64,000 nt of DNA from Candidatus Heimdallarchaeota archaeon. Its GTDB lineage: Archaea; Asgardarchaeota; Heimdallarchaeia; Hodarchaeales; Hodarchaeaceae. Both the position numbers and the translations under genes were made by a program. How positions within the stretch are numbered: position 1 is the first letter of the stretch; every line of letters starts with the position of its first letter. Below, piece after piece: positions 18,863 through 28,886 of this stretch. Location of the stretch: contig JBHLSH010000008.1 in the NCBI GenBank assembly GCA_048881705.1, forward strand, positions 1 to 64,000, given 5' to 3'. The notes beneath the pieces were generated by a model. The model worked only from the letters and a program-made list of their open reading frames with translations. It did not search any database and was not told where the DNA came from.

Positions 18863-20035
18863 CTAGAGAGTCAACGGTGCGATCTCTTCTGGAGTTGAAT
18901 ATATCAACTCGTAATCCCCTCTACCGAGGCCGACTGCCTGGCAGAACTCAAATAATCTAGAATCATCGAACTTAGTTTCTCCTGGGTTATTACAGTTGAG
19001 TATATCAGCTTCAGTTCCTACAATTCCTGCAGCCTTATTGACAAGATCTAGTGAAGCTCGATCGATCGCTACAGGATTATTACCTAAAAGAAGGCCTACG
19101 TCAGGAACAATAGGAATACTGTTTAACGATCTACAGTCACAGCCCGTGACAATGTCATATGCAGCATTGATGTATGTGAACCTGTCTTCACCTACTAGAT
19201 CAATAACGGTTCTACTAATGTCCACAATATATTTCTGTAATAGTACTTCGCTATGTTTCCCCTCTGGGTAAAATGCTTTCAAAGGACATAAACTCTTGCA
19301 ATTGCCACAGAGAAGACAATACTTCTCATTAATTCGGGCCTTGTTGTTCATGATTTCGATTGCCGAAGGAGCTGGACACTTTCCAAGACACTCGTCATTG
19401 CATTTACTACGATCGCACTTCTCTTTGTCAACGTGGAGCGGAGGATCGAAATGAGCTAGGAATTTGCCGGTTTTTGTTGTGAGTCCTATTCCCAGGTTTT
19501 TTAGAGACGCTGCAATGGATTCGCCACGAGTATAGGGAGAATGGCCTTTAAAGTGAGAAAGACTGACCACATGATCCATGTTCAAAATTCCCCGCGCAAT
19601 CCAGGCTTCATCAAGAACCAGGCCATTTTTAACTTTAACTTTAACCCCGTCAACTCCCCAGAACCCGTCCAACATTACCAATGGAGCTCTTATAGAACCA
19701 ATAGTTAATCCATGCCAAGATGCAGCCTCCAGATATGCTTCTGCTGACTTTTTGTGACCGAAATATCCGTGTCCACAGGTTTCTGCCAAAAAAGGATGAC
19801 CCCCTGCTTGCCGTACGGTTTCAACGATGGTTCGATAGATAACCGGACGCAAGACATTCGGATTCCCAGGGTCCCCGAAATTAGTCTTTATGCACACAAG
19901 GTCTCCCTTGTCAATTTTTTCGGAAAAGCCTGAATCATAAAAGAGCTTTTGAAGTTTTGTGATAATGCTGCCGCTTCTATCGCTCGGTTTTCGATTAGAT
20001 AGCCAAGCAGGGGAATAATATACCTTGCCAACCAA
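18863..20035 (-). CDS. DUF362-family protein with inserted 4Fe-4S ferredoxin domain
   Basis: KTNFGDPGN, SHFKGH, KNLGIG, CLLCGNCKSLC, CDC and DPVAID-like NPVAID motifs. The start is placed at a TTG preceded by GAGGT. Confidence 0.85.
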   Translation of the reverse strand: MVGKVYYSPAWLSNRKPSDRSGSIITKLQKLFYDSGFSEKIDKGDLVCIKTNFGDPGNPNVLRPVIYRTIVETVRQAGGHPFLAETCGHGYFGHKKSAEAYLEAASWHGLTIGSIRAPLVMLDGFWGVDGVKVKVKNGLVLDEAWIARGILNMDHVVSLSHFKGHSPYTRGESIAASLKNLGIGLTTKTGKFLAHFDPPLHVDKEKCDRSKCNDECLGKCPAPSAIEIMNNKARINEKYCLLCGNCKSLCPLKAFYPEGKHSEVLLQKYIVDISRTVIDLVGEDRFTYINAAYDIVTGCDCRSLNSIPIVPDVGLLLGNNPVAIDRASLDLVNKAAGIVGTEADILNCNNPGETKFDDSRLFEFCQAVGLGRGDYELIYSTPEEIAPLTL

Positions 20036-20290
20036 TGTTTTTACCTCATTACCTGATCCATGATGATACGATTTATAGAAGATAAGGTTTTTGAACGAAT
20101 CTTTAAAAATTGTTATGCAAGTACGTCTCATGATTTAATAAATGTAAAAAACGATTCCTATTCGCAATCTTAAATGCATAAAATTGCCTAAAAAGGTATA
20201 AAGTTACAGAAATTTGTTAAAATCGACATATTAATTGATTAAATTACAGATCGAGTGATTAAGGGAACTGAATAGAGAAATAATTAGGAG

Positions 20291-20701
20291 ATGAAGGTAA
20301 TGACTGAAATCACAGCTGATATGGAGAATTTTCTTCAGGAACAGAGAATGATTCGAGTTGCAACGGTGGCCCCCGATGGATCACCTAACATTGCCCCATT
20401 TTGCTTTTTTATGCATGAGGGTACTGTTCATGTTTTGACAAGGCCAGAAACAAAAACAGTAAAGAATATAAAAAACAATCCAAAGGTTGCTTTCCTAATA
20501 GATTCATATGACGAGGATTGGAGTAAGAATAGATTTCTGATGCTAAAGGGTGTGGCGACGTTAATCGAGGATTCAAAGAGGACAGAGGAACTTCGGGCTG
20601 CCAGAAAAGCGAAATACCCTCAGCAGGCTGATGCCCCTCCTGATCGAAAGTGGACAGTGATAAGGATAAATCCTACAACGGTTCTTCCCTTTCGTATTTA
20701 A
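20291..20701 (+). CDS. Pyridoxamine 5'-phosphate oxidase-like (split-barrel, FMN/F420-binding) protein
   Basis: RVATVAPDGSPNIAP, KTVKNIKNNPKVAFLID and KGVA motifs. Confidence 0.9.
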   Translation: MKVMTEITADMENFLQEQRMIRVATVAPDGSPNIAPFCFFMHEGTVHVLTRPETKTVKNIKNNPKVAFLIDSYDEDWSKNRFLMLKGVATLIEDSKRTEELRAARKAKYPQQADAPPDRKWTVIRINPTTVLPFRI

Positions 20702-20789
20702 AAGAAGAAGTATAAAATAATCCTTGGTAAAAATGAAGTTTGAACCATAATTCGTTTTGAAAACCTCCCCTATGGTGTGATCTAGGACG

Positions 20790-21242
20790 ATGCTAGATTC
20801 AAAGGACACTGAAATTCTCAAGCTTTTGAAAGAAAACTCGAAAATAGCTGCAAAAGAGATTTCAGATAAAGTTGAAGTCTCGATCCCCACGGTTTATTCA
20901 CGAATTAAGAAAATGCAGGATAATGAAGTCATAAAGAATTTTACCATCGGGATCGATCACAAGAAGCTTGGAAAGAAGATTTGCGGTCTTTTGGGCTTAA
21001 ATGTTCCATCTGCAAAAACACATAAACTAGCGTCTCAGTTCAAGGATCTAAAAGAAGTCTATGAAGTTTATATTACAAACGGCCCAAGTAATATGATGTT
21101 AAAGATCCGAGTTAAAGATCTTGATGAGTTAAGAGAATTCGTAAGTGAGATCAGTAGAAATGGCGATATCCAGGGATATCACGTTTACATTGTTATGGAT
21201 ACCATCCTTGATGAGTTTACGAGTTCCTTTAAAGGTGTTTAG
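20790..21242 (+). CDS. Lrp/AsnC family transcriptional regulator
   Basis: LDSKDTEILKLLKENSKIAAKEI..VEVSIPTVYSRIKKM HTH plus a C-terminal RAM domain. Confidence 0.95.
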   Translation: MLDSKDTEILKLLKENSKIAAKEISDKVEVSIPTVYSRIKKMQDNEVIKNFTIGIDHKKLGKKICGLLGLNVPSAKTHKLASQFKDLKEVYEVYITNGPSNMMLKIRVKDLDELREFVSEISRNGDIQGYHVYIVMDTILDEFTSSFKGV

Positions 21243-21245
21243 ACT

Positions 21246-22241
21246 ATGAGGGACGTTTTTGCATGCCTCACGTTCGATTTGGAAAGAGACGTCAGTCGTA
21301 TGCCCCCTACATACAAAGGGATCGATGAAGCTCTTCCACTTCTTCTAGATGTTTTCAAAGAACGCCGGGTAAAGGTAACAGGGAATCTCGCCACCAAAAT
21401 CATTGAAGAAAGAGGCGATATTCTGAAAGAATTCTTTGCGCAAGGTCATGAAATATGCAACCATGGATATATGCACCGGTTATACAAACAAGCCATTCGC
21501 TTACCGCTGTTGGAATACGAAAAGATCCTGTTTAAACAAATAGGCAGTCAAATAGATCTTCAAATTTTTTCAGGCTTTGATCCTATACCGTTTACAGATA
21601 AAGCTGAAGTCTTCAACATGATCGATGTCAGTACCGACCTAATTACAGATTTTTTTGGAAAGCGGCCGAATTCTTTTAAAATGCCCTTTCATTCCTTAGA
21701 CTGGGACATACTCAGCTATCTGGACTCTAAAGACTATCTCGTTGATACCTCTATCCCCTATTGGAAATATTGGGATTGGAAACCTCCTCATCATCCCACT
21801 TTCCATGAAATTGTTGACCAGGATGAATCCTTCAAGATTGGCGATAATGATCGAATACCCCTAAAGCTCCTCGAAATCCCTGCAAGTTTCGATCCGTCTC
21901 CAGATATCTTGGATAGCATGGAAGTAATCCATAGAACTCTTTCCATGCTTACAAGTAGAACATTGGGTATGAAAAGGGTTGAAAACCTTCTTGATCGGAT
22001 AACAGAGAGAACTCCTGAATCTAATCCTGTGATTTTGGTATTTAAATGCTCTATATGGGAATTCACTGAACTAGGCCCTCTGGGTCCTATTGAACTTGAA
22101 CAGAATTTTGGTTCAGCAGCTATTCGACTGCTGGAGGATTTTTTTACCCTTTTAGAAGATAGTCATAAAGCAAAATACGTTACATTGACAGAATTGAGAG
22201 AGATCTGGGAAAAGAATCATTGTCCTGATCATACTTCCTAG
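21246..22241 (+). CDS. Polysaccharide deacetylase (CE4/NodB-like) family protein
   Basis: LTFDLE, HEICNHGYMH, FKMP and YLVDTS motifs. Confidence 0.8.
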   Translation: MRDVFACLTFDLERDVSRMPPTYKGIDEALPLLLDVFKERRVKVTGNLATKIIEERGDILKEFFAQGHEICNHGYMHRLYKQAIRLPLLEYEKILFKQIGSQIDLQIFSGFDPIPFTDKAEVFNMIDVSTDLITDFFGKRPNSFKMPFHSLDWDILSYLDSKDYLVDTSIPYWKYWDWKPPHHPTFHEIVDQDESFKIGDNDRIPLKLLEIPASFDPSPDILDSMEVIHRTLSMLTSRTLGMKRVENLLDRITERTPESNPVILVFKCSIWEFTELGPLGPIELEQNFGSAAIRLLEDFFTLLEDSHKAKYVTLTELREIWEKNHCPDHTS

Positions 22242-22373
22242 GATCTTTTTGATTATGATGTTTTTGCCTGGATGTCGTTGGCGGCCCAGCCCAGAATCCA
22301 ACCGTGAGGATACTTATTTCCGAAATTAAGAAACAGATGAATGGTGAAAGGGGAAGAGGGACAATTAACACTA

Positions 22374-23327
22374 TTATATCAATAAATTTCCGTTCTTTAT
22401 TATAGGGTCTCCATCAAGGGATATGGTTGGGTTTCTAGTCGATGAATCAATATGTGTGGTACTCTGGATAGTTCCCCCGAAATGAGTATTTCCCCCGAAT
22501 CCGATGTGTCCTGATCCTGCAACTCTTTCATCTTCTATCAAATCTCCGATATAGGTAGCTTTCGCGTTTGTCCCACACCCTACTTCACAAACCCGAAATG
22601 AGTTTTCATCACCTGCAGAGAGAATCTTACGAAATTGCTCTGCCTGCTCGGAGTTTCCTAAGATATTTCCGATGCCATCGGTAACCTCTACGGTTATTGG
22701 GGGATCTATCAACCCTATTGATTGGATACTTCCATTAATTATCCATTTACCTTCTGCACAACCTTCTTGCAGTGGTATTGCGACCACACCTGAAGGAAGA
22801 GAGGTAAGAATCCCATTATCTCTACAAAGACCATCAAAATACATTGCTTTCATCCCCTTCAGAGAAAAAACCATATCTGTACCAGCAGAACTCTTTATTT
22901 CTACTTCTTTTGCCTCGGAAAACCTTTTTGCGACTTCCTTGGTGAGCTTAGACAGCTTGTCATAATCAAGATCGAAACAGCGTTGGATCATGCTTATGTC
23001 AGCTCTGCTCATCGAAAGGATTCGCGCACCCTCATCCATTGCTTTTACACGGGAGGAATGGGGAAAAAGCTTGGAGTTACAAATAACAATTAGATTGGAA
23101 TGATTCATGAATTGCTGCAGGGCATCTGGGAGCCGTTTCTCTACTAAGAGGTCAGTGTGAGGTATAACCAGGATTGTCTTGCCTCCTAAACTTTCGGCTG
23201 CTTTTGCAACTGATAGCGGGATCTTCTCATCCTGTGAAAGATCAGAAATCACTAGTACTGCCTCATCTGGTTGAAGATTCGCACATTGGATCAGGTTTGA
23301 CCTAAATATATCTTCGATTGATTTCAT
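22374..23327 (-). CDS. M29 aminopeptidase / NicX-like metalloenzyme
   Basis: EVEIKSSAGTDM, LPSG, CEVGCGTN, EDERVAGSGHIGFGGN and HID motifs. The start is placed at the ATG at 23327. Confidence 0.8.
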   Translation of the reverse strand: MKSIEDIFRSNLIQCANLQPDEAVLVISDLSQDEKIPLSVAKAAESLGGKTILVIPHTDLLVEKRLPDALQQFMNHSNLIVICNSKLFPHSSRVKAMDEGARILSMSRADISMIQRCFDLDYDKLSKLTKEVAKRFSEAKEVEIKSSAGTDMVFSLKGMKAMYFDGLCRDNGILTSLPSGVVAIPLQEGCAEGKWIINGSIQSIGLIDPPITVEVTDGIGNILGNSEQAEQFRKILSAGDENSFRVCEVGCGTNAKATYIGDLIEDERVAGSGHIGFGGNTHFGGTIQSTTHIDSSTRNPTISLDGDPIIKNGNLLI

Positions 23328-23343
23328 TTTTCTATCACCCAAA

Positions 23344-24780
23344 CTAAATAGGTACGATAAGAGAATCGATAAATTCTCCGAGATCATCAAGTTGTTCAAG
23401 GCGATTAACCTTCTCCCAGATCCTGTCAATTGACGGTGGTTCTAGGAATCCTTGTGTTAAATCCTTGATTTTAATCTTCAAGTCCTCATCCGACAATGGC
23501 GTCGCCGGGTCGCCTTTGGGGGACAAAACTGTGGATTCAACAGATCTACCATCCCGTAATCTGACTTTTACAGTTGATGGCCACGGCCCTTGTTGAAGAT
23601 TTCTTGTCATAAAGATCTTCTCAAACTCCTCATCCAGTTCGATTTTAGTACGTTTGAGTAAATTAATAAATTTGGGATTTTGAACTTTTTCATGCCATTT
23701 GATGGGAAGATCGTGTTTGCCATCGACCAAAACCGAGGCTACCTGGTATGGGTGGCTAAAAATGGCGTTTACATGGGAATGAAAGGTAAAAGTGGCCCGT
23801 CTGGCTGAGTCAGAATTTAATCGGATTATGACCTCCTGTATTTCATCCGGATTGACTTGTTCTATTTGAACCAGGTTTAATGCCGCTTCAATAGAAGCAT
23901 GAAGAAATTTACATGCAGGCCAGGGTTTGAAATATCCTTCCTCTATTTTGAATCCTTCAGGGGTTCCTAAATTATCCAGAAACGCATTCCAATTAACGTT
24001 ACCAACAATTGATCTTCCAACGGCTGATTTCCCTTCGAGAATGTCTCTAGAACCCAAAATGCCGTTTTTTGCCAAGAATGCCGATTGAACTGCTCTTCTT
24101 GATTCCTGTCCACATACTATGTCTTTTTCGTGTCCCCCACTAATTGTATATTGAGCACTTACGATTTGTGCCGAGGCAGCTAAACCCATAGCTCCAGCTA
24201 TCTGTTCTTTGGTAAGGCCAAGAAGTTTACCAGCAGGAATGACGCCTGCAAGTGGAGAAAGAACAACGAAGAAAGGACTTCGTTTGGTAACCGTCAGTTC
24301 CGCAGATCGAAACAGAACATATGCCAATCGAATATAGGCTTCGTACCCAAGAGCCACCGCAGTCAGTAATTCTTTTCCGTTGGCCTTAACATTTTCAGCA
24401 ACTGCCAGAGCTGTAGGAACCACACGATCATTGATATGTCCCCCCATGTAATGTCCATCGCTAGCATCCAGAAAATTCGAGAGTACACTATTTGCAAAAG
24501 CAGCATCTTCGCAACTGGTCTTAAAACCAGTACCAAGGACCGTCGCTTCTTGATGACCAGCCTTTGTTCGAATATATGCTAAAAGATTTTTTATAAGAGA
24601 ATGCTGAGTTCCATAGCCTGCTAATGCAATTCCTGCAAAATCGAAAATAACTTCTTTGGTTCTCTTGATGACTGATAATGGTAAGTCTTCAAAATCAGTG
24701 TCAATCACGAATTCCGCAAATTTTTCAGCAACAAAACTGCTAGATTTTTCAGGTTCCGCAAGAACCATTATTTTCAACAC
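23344..24780 (-). CDS. MmgE/PrpD family protein
   Basis: AAFANS..LDASDGH, VVPTALAVAE, GKELLTAVALGYE, KPWPACKFLHA and PKGDPATPLS motifs. Confidence 0.92.
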   Translation of the reverse strand: MLKIMVLAEPEKSSSFVAEKFAEFVIDTDFEDLPLSVIKRTKEVIFDFAGIALAGYGTQHSLIKNLLAYIRTKAGHQEATVLGTGFKTSCEDAAFANSVLSNFLDASDGHYMGGHINDRVVPTALAVAENVKANGKELLTAVALGYEAYIRLAYVLFRSAELTVTKRSPFFVVLSPLAGVIPAGKLLGLTKEQIAGAMGLAASAQIVSAQYTISGGHEKDIVCGQESRRAVQSAFLAKNGILGSRDILEGKSAVGRSIVGNVNWNAFLDNLGTPEGFKIEEGYFKPWPACKFLHASIEAALNLVQIEQVNPDEIQEVIIRLNSDSARRATFTFHSHVNAIFSHPYQVASVLVDGKHDLPIKWHEKVQNPKFINLLKRTKIELDEEFEKIFMTRNLQQGPWPSTVKVRLRDGRSVESTVLSPKGDPATPLSDEDLKIKIKDLTQGFLEPPSIDRIWEKVNRLEQLDDLGEFIDSLIVPI

Positions 24781-24794
24781 CTACCGAGCTTGAT

Positions 24795-25808
24795 TTAGTC
24801 ATAGACGATTCGAGGATCTAACCACCCATAGATGATGTCGACGATTAGGTTGATAAATGCAAAGATCAGAGCGTACCAGAGAATCACAGCCTGAATGACA
24901 GGATAGTCCCTTGATTGGATTGAATCTATCATATATTGCCCTAAGCCATTATACTCAAACACTTTCTCAACGATGATGGAACCACCTAACATGGCACCAA
25001 AAGCGACGCCAGCTACGGTAATTACGGGTATCATGGCATTCTTTAGAGAGTGATAAATGACGACCCTAGATCTAGATGCACCTTTTGCTCTGGCCGTTCT
25101 TATGTAATCACTGTTCAAGACCTCCAGCATGGAAGAACGGGTCTGTCGCGCAAGGACAGCCATCAGAAAGGCTGAAAGAGTGACTGCGGGCATTATAATG
25201 TGTTGGATGGAATTTGAAACTTCATCAAAGAATTCTGAAACTGTTGAGCCCGGAGGATAGAATAATCCTGGAATGAGAGAAAGAATACGATCGTAGTCGC
25301 CGGTACCAACAACGGGAAGAATATCGAACACAACTCCAAATATCCACATCATCATTAGGCCTAGCCAAAAAGCTGGCGCAGAAACTCCAACCATTGCTGC
25401 AATCATGGCTACATTGTCAGTTTTGGAATATGGTTTTACACTAGATATCGTACCTGCTAATCCTCCAATGATTAGAGCAATAAGAGTGGCTGAACTGGCC
25501 AACACTACTGTGTTCGTAAATCGTGGCATTATTTCTTCTAGAACCGGTTGGCCAGTTCGAATTGAAGACCCGAAGTCACCTTTCAAAATGTTAATCATGA
25601 AAACCAGGTATTGTTCGAGAAAAGGCTTGTTTAAACCCCATCGCTCCCGAAGAATTTCAACCTGTTCAAACGGCGCGTCCTCAGGAACGAGTAAGAGAGC
25701 AGGATCACCAGGAATCATGCGAATCAACATAAAAACTACGAAAGAGACAACCAAAAGGACTGGAATGACTAGAAAGATTCTTCTAATTAAGAAAGAGGTA
25801 AAAGACAA
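24795..25808 (-). CDS. dppB: Peptide/nickel ABC transporter permease
   Basis: PGDPA, GDFGSSI, RSSMLEVLNSDYIRTARAKG and RDYPVIQ motifs. TTG start preceded by GGTGA. Confidence 0.95.
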   Translation of the reverse strand: MSFTSFLIRRIFLVIPVLLVVSFVVFMLIRMIPGDPALLLVPEDAPFEQVEILRERWGLNKPFLEQYLVFMINILKGDFGSSIRTGQPVLEEIMPRFTNTVVLASSATLIALIIGGLAGTISSVKPYSKTDNVAMIAAMVGVSAPAFWLGLMMMWIFGVVFDILPVVGTGDYDRILSLIPGLFYPPGSTVSEFFDEVSNSIQHIIMPAVTLSAFLMAVLARQTRSSMLEVLNSDYIRTARAKGASRSRVVIYHSLKNAMIPVITVAGVAFGAMLGGSIIVEKVFEYNGLGQYMIDSIQSRDYPVIQAVILWYALIFAFINLIVDIIYGWLDPRIVYD

Positions 25809-25827
25809 TGTTAAATCACCATGTTTT

Positions 25828-26745
25828 TTAATCAGCCACCATTCGAGGATCAAGAGCGTCTCTAAGACCGTCTCCAACCAAATTGAAAGCTAAAACGGTC
25901 AATATGATAGCTAGCCCTGGGAACAATGATAGATGGATCTTTCCAGTCAAGAGGTAAAGGCGTCCTTGATTTAACATGACACCCCATTCCGGAGTGGGCG
26001 GTTGTGCTCCAAGGCCCAAAAAGCCTAATGCCGCAGCAGATAGGATTGCACTGGCAAAATTGAGAGTTGATTGAACAATAAGGGGTCCAGCAGCATTAGG
26101 TATGATGTGCCAAACCAGAATCCTCCAATCTCGGGCACCCACCATTCGTGCTGCTTCGATGTAGTCATTTTGTTTTATTGATATAACTTGACCGCGGGTT
26201 AATCTTGCATAAATAGGGATGAGCGCTATGCCAACGGCTACCATAGCATTTTGTAAAGTAGGTCCCAAAATTGCAATTATCATGAGTGCTAAGAGGAAAG
26301 CAGGGAAAGCCATCATCACGTCGATTAATCGCATAAAGATATGATCTATCCACCTGCCATAATAGCCACATACTGCGCCAATTATTGTCCCGACAACCAA
26401 CGCGATCGAAACAGAGACCAATCCTATTGTTATTGAAATCCGACATCCAAGCATAATCCTGCTAAGTAAGTCTCTTCCAAGATCGTCAAGGCCCAAAGGA
26501 TGTTGCGGAGACGGGGCTTCACCTATTCGATCCAAACGTTCCGACGTTGGGAGGTGTCCATAGGGATCATAAGGTACCAACAGCGGATTTCCCCATGGAT
26601 CCACAGCGAAAATTGCGATTAGAAGAATTATCAGAAGAATCAAGAGCCCAAAAACCGCACGCTTATTTTTCTTAAACTTATACAAAGTTTGGGGAAGCCT
26701 AGAAACTTTTGTGGTTCTATCCATTACCTCTGCTGATGTTCCCAT
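25828..26745 (-). CDS. dppC: Peptide/nickel ABC transporter permease
   Basis: HPLGLDDLGRDLLSR, YIEAARMVGA, QPPTPEWG and GDGLRDALDP motifs. Confidence 0.95.
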   Translation of the reverse strand: MGTSAEVMDRTTKVSRLPQTLYKFKKNKRAVFGLLILLIILLIAIFAVDPWGNPLLVPYDPYGHLPTSERLDRIGEAPSPQHPLGLDDLGRDLLSRIMLGCRISITIGLVSVSIALVVGTIIGAVCGYYGRWIDHIFMRLIDVMMAFPAFLLALMIIAILGPTLQNAMVAVGIALIPIYARLTRGQVISIKQNDYIEAARMVGARDWRILVWHIIPNAAGPLIVQSTLNFASAILSAAALGFLGLGAQPPTPEWGVMLNQGRLYLLTGKIHLSLFPGLAIILTVLAFNLVGDGLRDALDPRMVAD

Positions 26746-26804
26746 TTTCACGGACCTCATAGGTTTAACACACTGAATCAACCATAGAGTGTAATATAAT
26801 GGAA

Positions 26805-27779
26805 TTAGGTTTGATCTAATGCCCAACAGGCGGTGTAATGTTCATTTCCACGCTCTAGGAAGGGAGGGTCTTCTTCGCGGCACTTCGGAAGAGTTAGCCA
26901 GCATCGGGGGTGAAACCTACATCCTGAAGGAGGGTTTGCAGGGCTAGGGACGTCTCCTTGGAGAATTATTCTTTCTCTTTTGGATTGAAGAGTTGGTTCT
27001 AGAATTGCTGACATAAGTGCCTTAGTGTAAGGATGAGCTGGATTTTGGAAAATCTCGTCTGTTGGGCCATTTTCGACAATTTTTCCTACATACATAACGG
27101 CAGTACGATCGGACATGTATTCAATAATTGATAAATCGTGAGATATGAATAAATAGGAAAGATTAAGATCTTTTAAGAGATCCTTAAATAAATTAAGGAC
27201 CTGAGACTGGACAGATACATCTAGGGCTGACGTGGGTTCATCTAAAACTATTAAACTGGGATTTAATGCCAGAGCGCGTGCCACGCAGATCCGCTGACGC
27301 TGGCCTCCAGAAAATTCGTGAGGATGTCTATCCAGGTGCTCCTCCTTGAGACCCACCTTCTCTAGAAGCTTTAGTACCCTATCACTAATCTCTTTTCTTG
27401 GATGAACCTTATTAATGATAAGTGGTTCCCCTACTATTCTCTTTATGGTCATTCGGGGGTTTAATGATGAGAATGGATCCTGAAATACCATCATCATTTG
27501 CCTTCTCTGCTTTCGTAGTTTTCTTTTGTCCATCTGAGTGAGTGTTTTACCGTCAAATCTAATCTCCCCTGATGTAGGTTTCTCTAGCATCAAAACTACT
27601 CTTCCAACAGTGGTTTTTCCGCACCCTGACTCGCCCACTAGGCCCAAAACCTCCCCCTTCCGAATCTGAAAGCTGATATCGTCAACCGCCCTTACCCAGC
27701 CCACTGTCCTTCTTAATACTCCTGCTCGGATTGGAAAGTACATTTTGAGATTTTTAACATCTAATAAAATCTCTTGCGT
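26805..27779 (-). CDS. dppF: Oligopeptide ABC transporter ATP-binding protein
   Basis: GESGCGKTT, FSGGQRQR, LDEPTSALD, HPYT and PSGCRFHPRC. The frame extends 12 codons upstream of the ATG at 27743 (xQEILLDVKNLK), suggesting a non-canonical start at 27779. Confidence 0.93.
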   Translation of the reverse strand, partial: TQEILLDVKNLKMYFPIRAGVLRRTVGWVRAVDDISFQIRKGEVLGLVGESGCGKTTVGRVVLMLEKPTSGEIRFDGKTLTQMDKRKLRKQRRQMMMVFQDPFSSLNPRMTIKRIVGEPLIINKVHPRKEISDRVLKLLEKVGLKEEHLDRHPHEFSGGQRQRICVARALALNPSLIVLDEPTSALDVSVQSQVLNLFKDLLKDLNLSYLFISHDLSIIEYMSDRTAVMYVGKIVENGPTDEIFQNPAHPYTKALMSAILEPTLQSKRERIILQGDVPSPANPPSGCRFHPRCWLTLPKCREEDPPFLERGNEHYTACWALDQT

Positions 27780-27839
27780 GGTGAATCACCTTTTTCTGCT
27801 TCATGTAACCTGTAGATTGATCTTGCTAATGGAAATTTG

Positions 27840-28886
27840 TCATGCATATAAATTACAAGCTACAAAGTGTTCTTTACCGACTTCAACAAGTGTAGGTTTG
27901 TTTTTTAAACAATCGTTACTTACTTGATCACAACGGGGATGAAATCTGCAGCCAGAAGGTGGGTTTATTAAATCAGGAACAGTTCCCTTGATAGTGTTCA
28001 ATCTCCTTCCCCTGCTTTCCCCCAGACGAGGAATGCATTTCATTAAACCTGAGGTATACGGATGTGTTGGATTGCTAAATAGGGAACGAATATCTGTGTA
28101 TTCCACAATGTTGCCCGCGTACATGACCGCGACCTGTTCGCACATCTCCGCAATTAATCCTAAGTGGTGAGAAATCAGCAATAGCGAAACGCCGAATTCT
28201 TTTCGTATTTTTTTGATCAGAGCCAAAATCTGTGCCTGAATGGTGACATCAAGGGCTGTCGTGGGTTCATCCGCGATAAGAAGTTGTGGATGGCAAGCTA
28301 AGGCCATTGCAATCATAATCCGTTGTCGCATCCCACCGCTTAATTGGTGTGGATACCCAGATGCGACCTTCTCGGGTTCGGGTATCCCTGTTAGACCAAT
28401 GAGTTCAAGAGCACGTTCAGTTACCTTTTGTTCAAACGTTCTATGATCCAATTTGGATACGTCGTCTCCATTATCTGATTGTGGGGGGTCAAAGTCATAA
28501 GTATCAGGATGAAGCAAGATAGCCTCAACAATTTGATTGAGAATAGGAATGACAGGATTTAAAGAAGTCATAGGTTCTTGAAAGACCATAGAAATGCTTT
28601 TACCTCTGATTTCCCTCTGCATGTATCTCTCACTTTTTTGTAGGAGGTTTTCACCATTGAACCAAATTTCACCTTGAACAATGCGTCCCGGTGGTTGTGG
28701 AATTAACCGCATTATAGATAATGCTGTCACGCTCTTTCCGCAACCTGTTTCTCCTACAAGACCTAGCGATCCATTTTTCCCTTTTATCTCAAGGTTAACG
28801 GCGTCTATGGCTTTCACGTTGCCTGAGTATGTAGAAAAGTGAGTAGAAAGGTTTTTTACTCGCAATAAAGGGTCGATTTCAGTCAT
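27840..28886 (-). CDS. dppD: Oligopeptide ABC transporter ATP-binding protein
   Basis: GETGCGKS, LSGGMRQR, ADEPTTALD and PSGCRFHPRC motifs. Confidence 0.95.
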   Translation of the reverse strand: MTEIDPLLRVKNLSTHFSTYSGNVKAIDAVNLEIKGKNGSLGLVGETGCGKSVTALSIMRLIPQPPGRIVQGEIWFNGENLLQKSERYMQREIRGKSISMVFQEPMTSLNPVIPILNQIVEAILLHPDTYDFDPPQSDNGDDVSKLDHRTFEQKVTERALELIGLTGIPEPEKVASGYPHQLSGGMRQRIMIAMALACHPQLLIADEPTTALDVTIQAQILALIKKIRKEFGVSLLLISHHLGLIAEMCEQVAVMYAGNIVEYTDIRSLFSNPTHPYTSGLMKCIPRLGESRGRRLNTIKGTVPDLINPPSGCRFHPRCDQVSNDCLKNKPTLVEVGKEHFVACNLYA

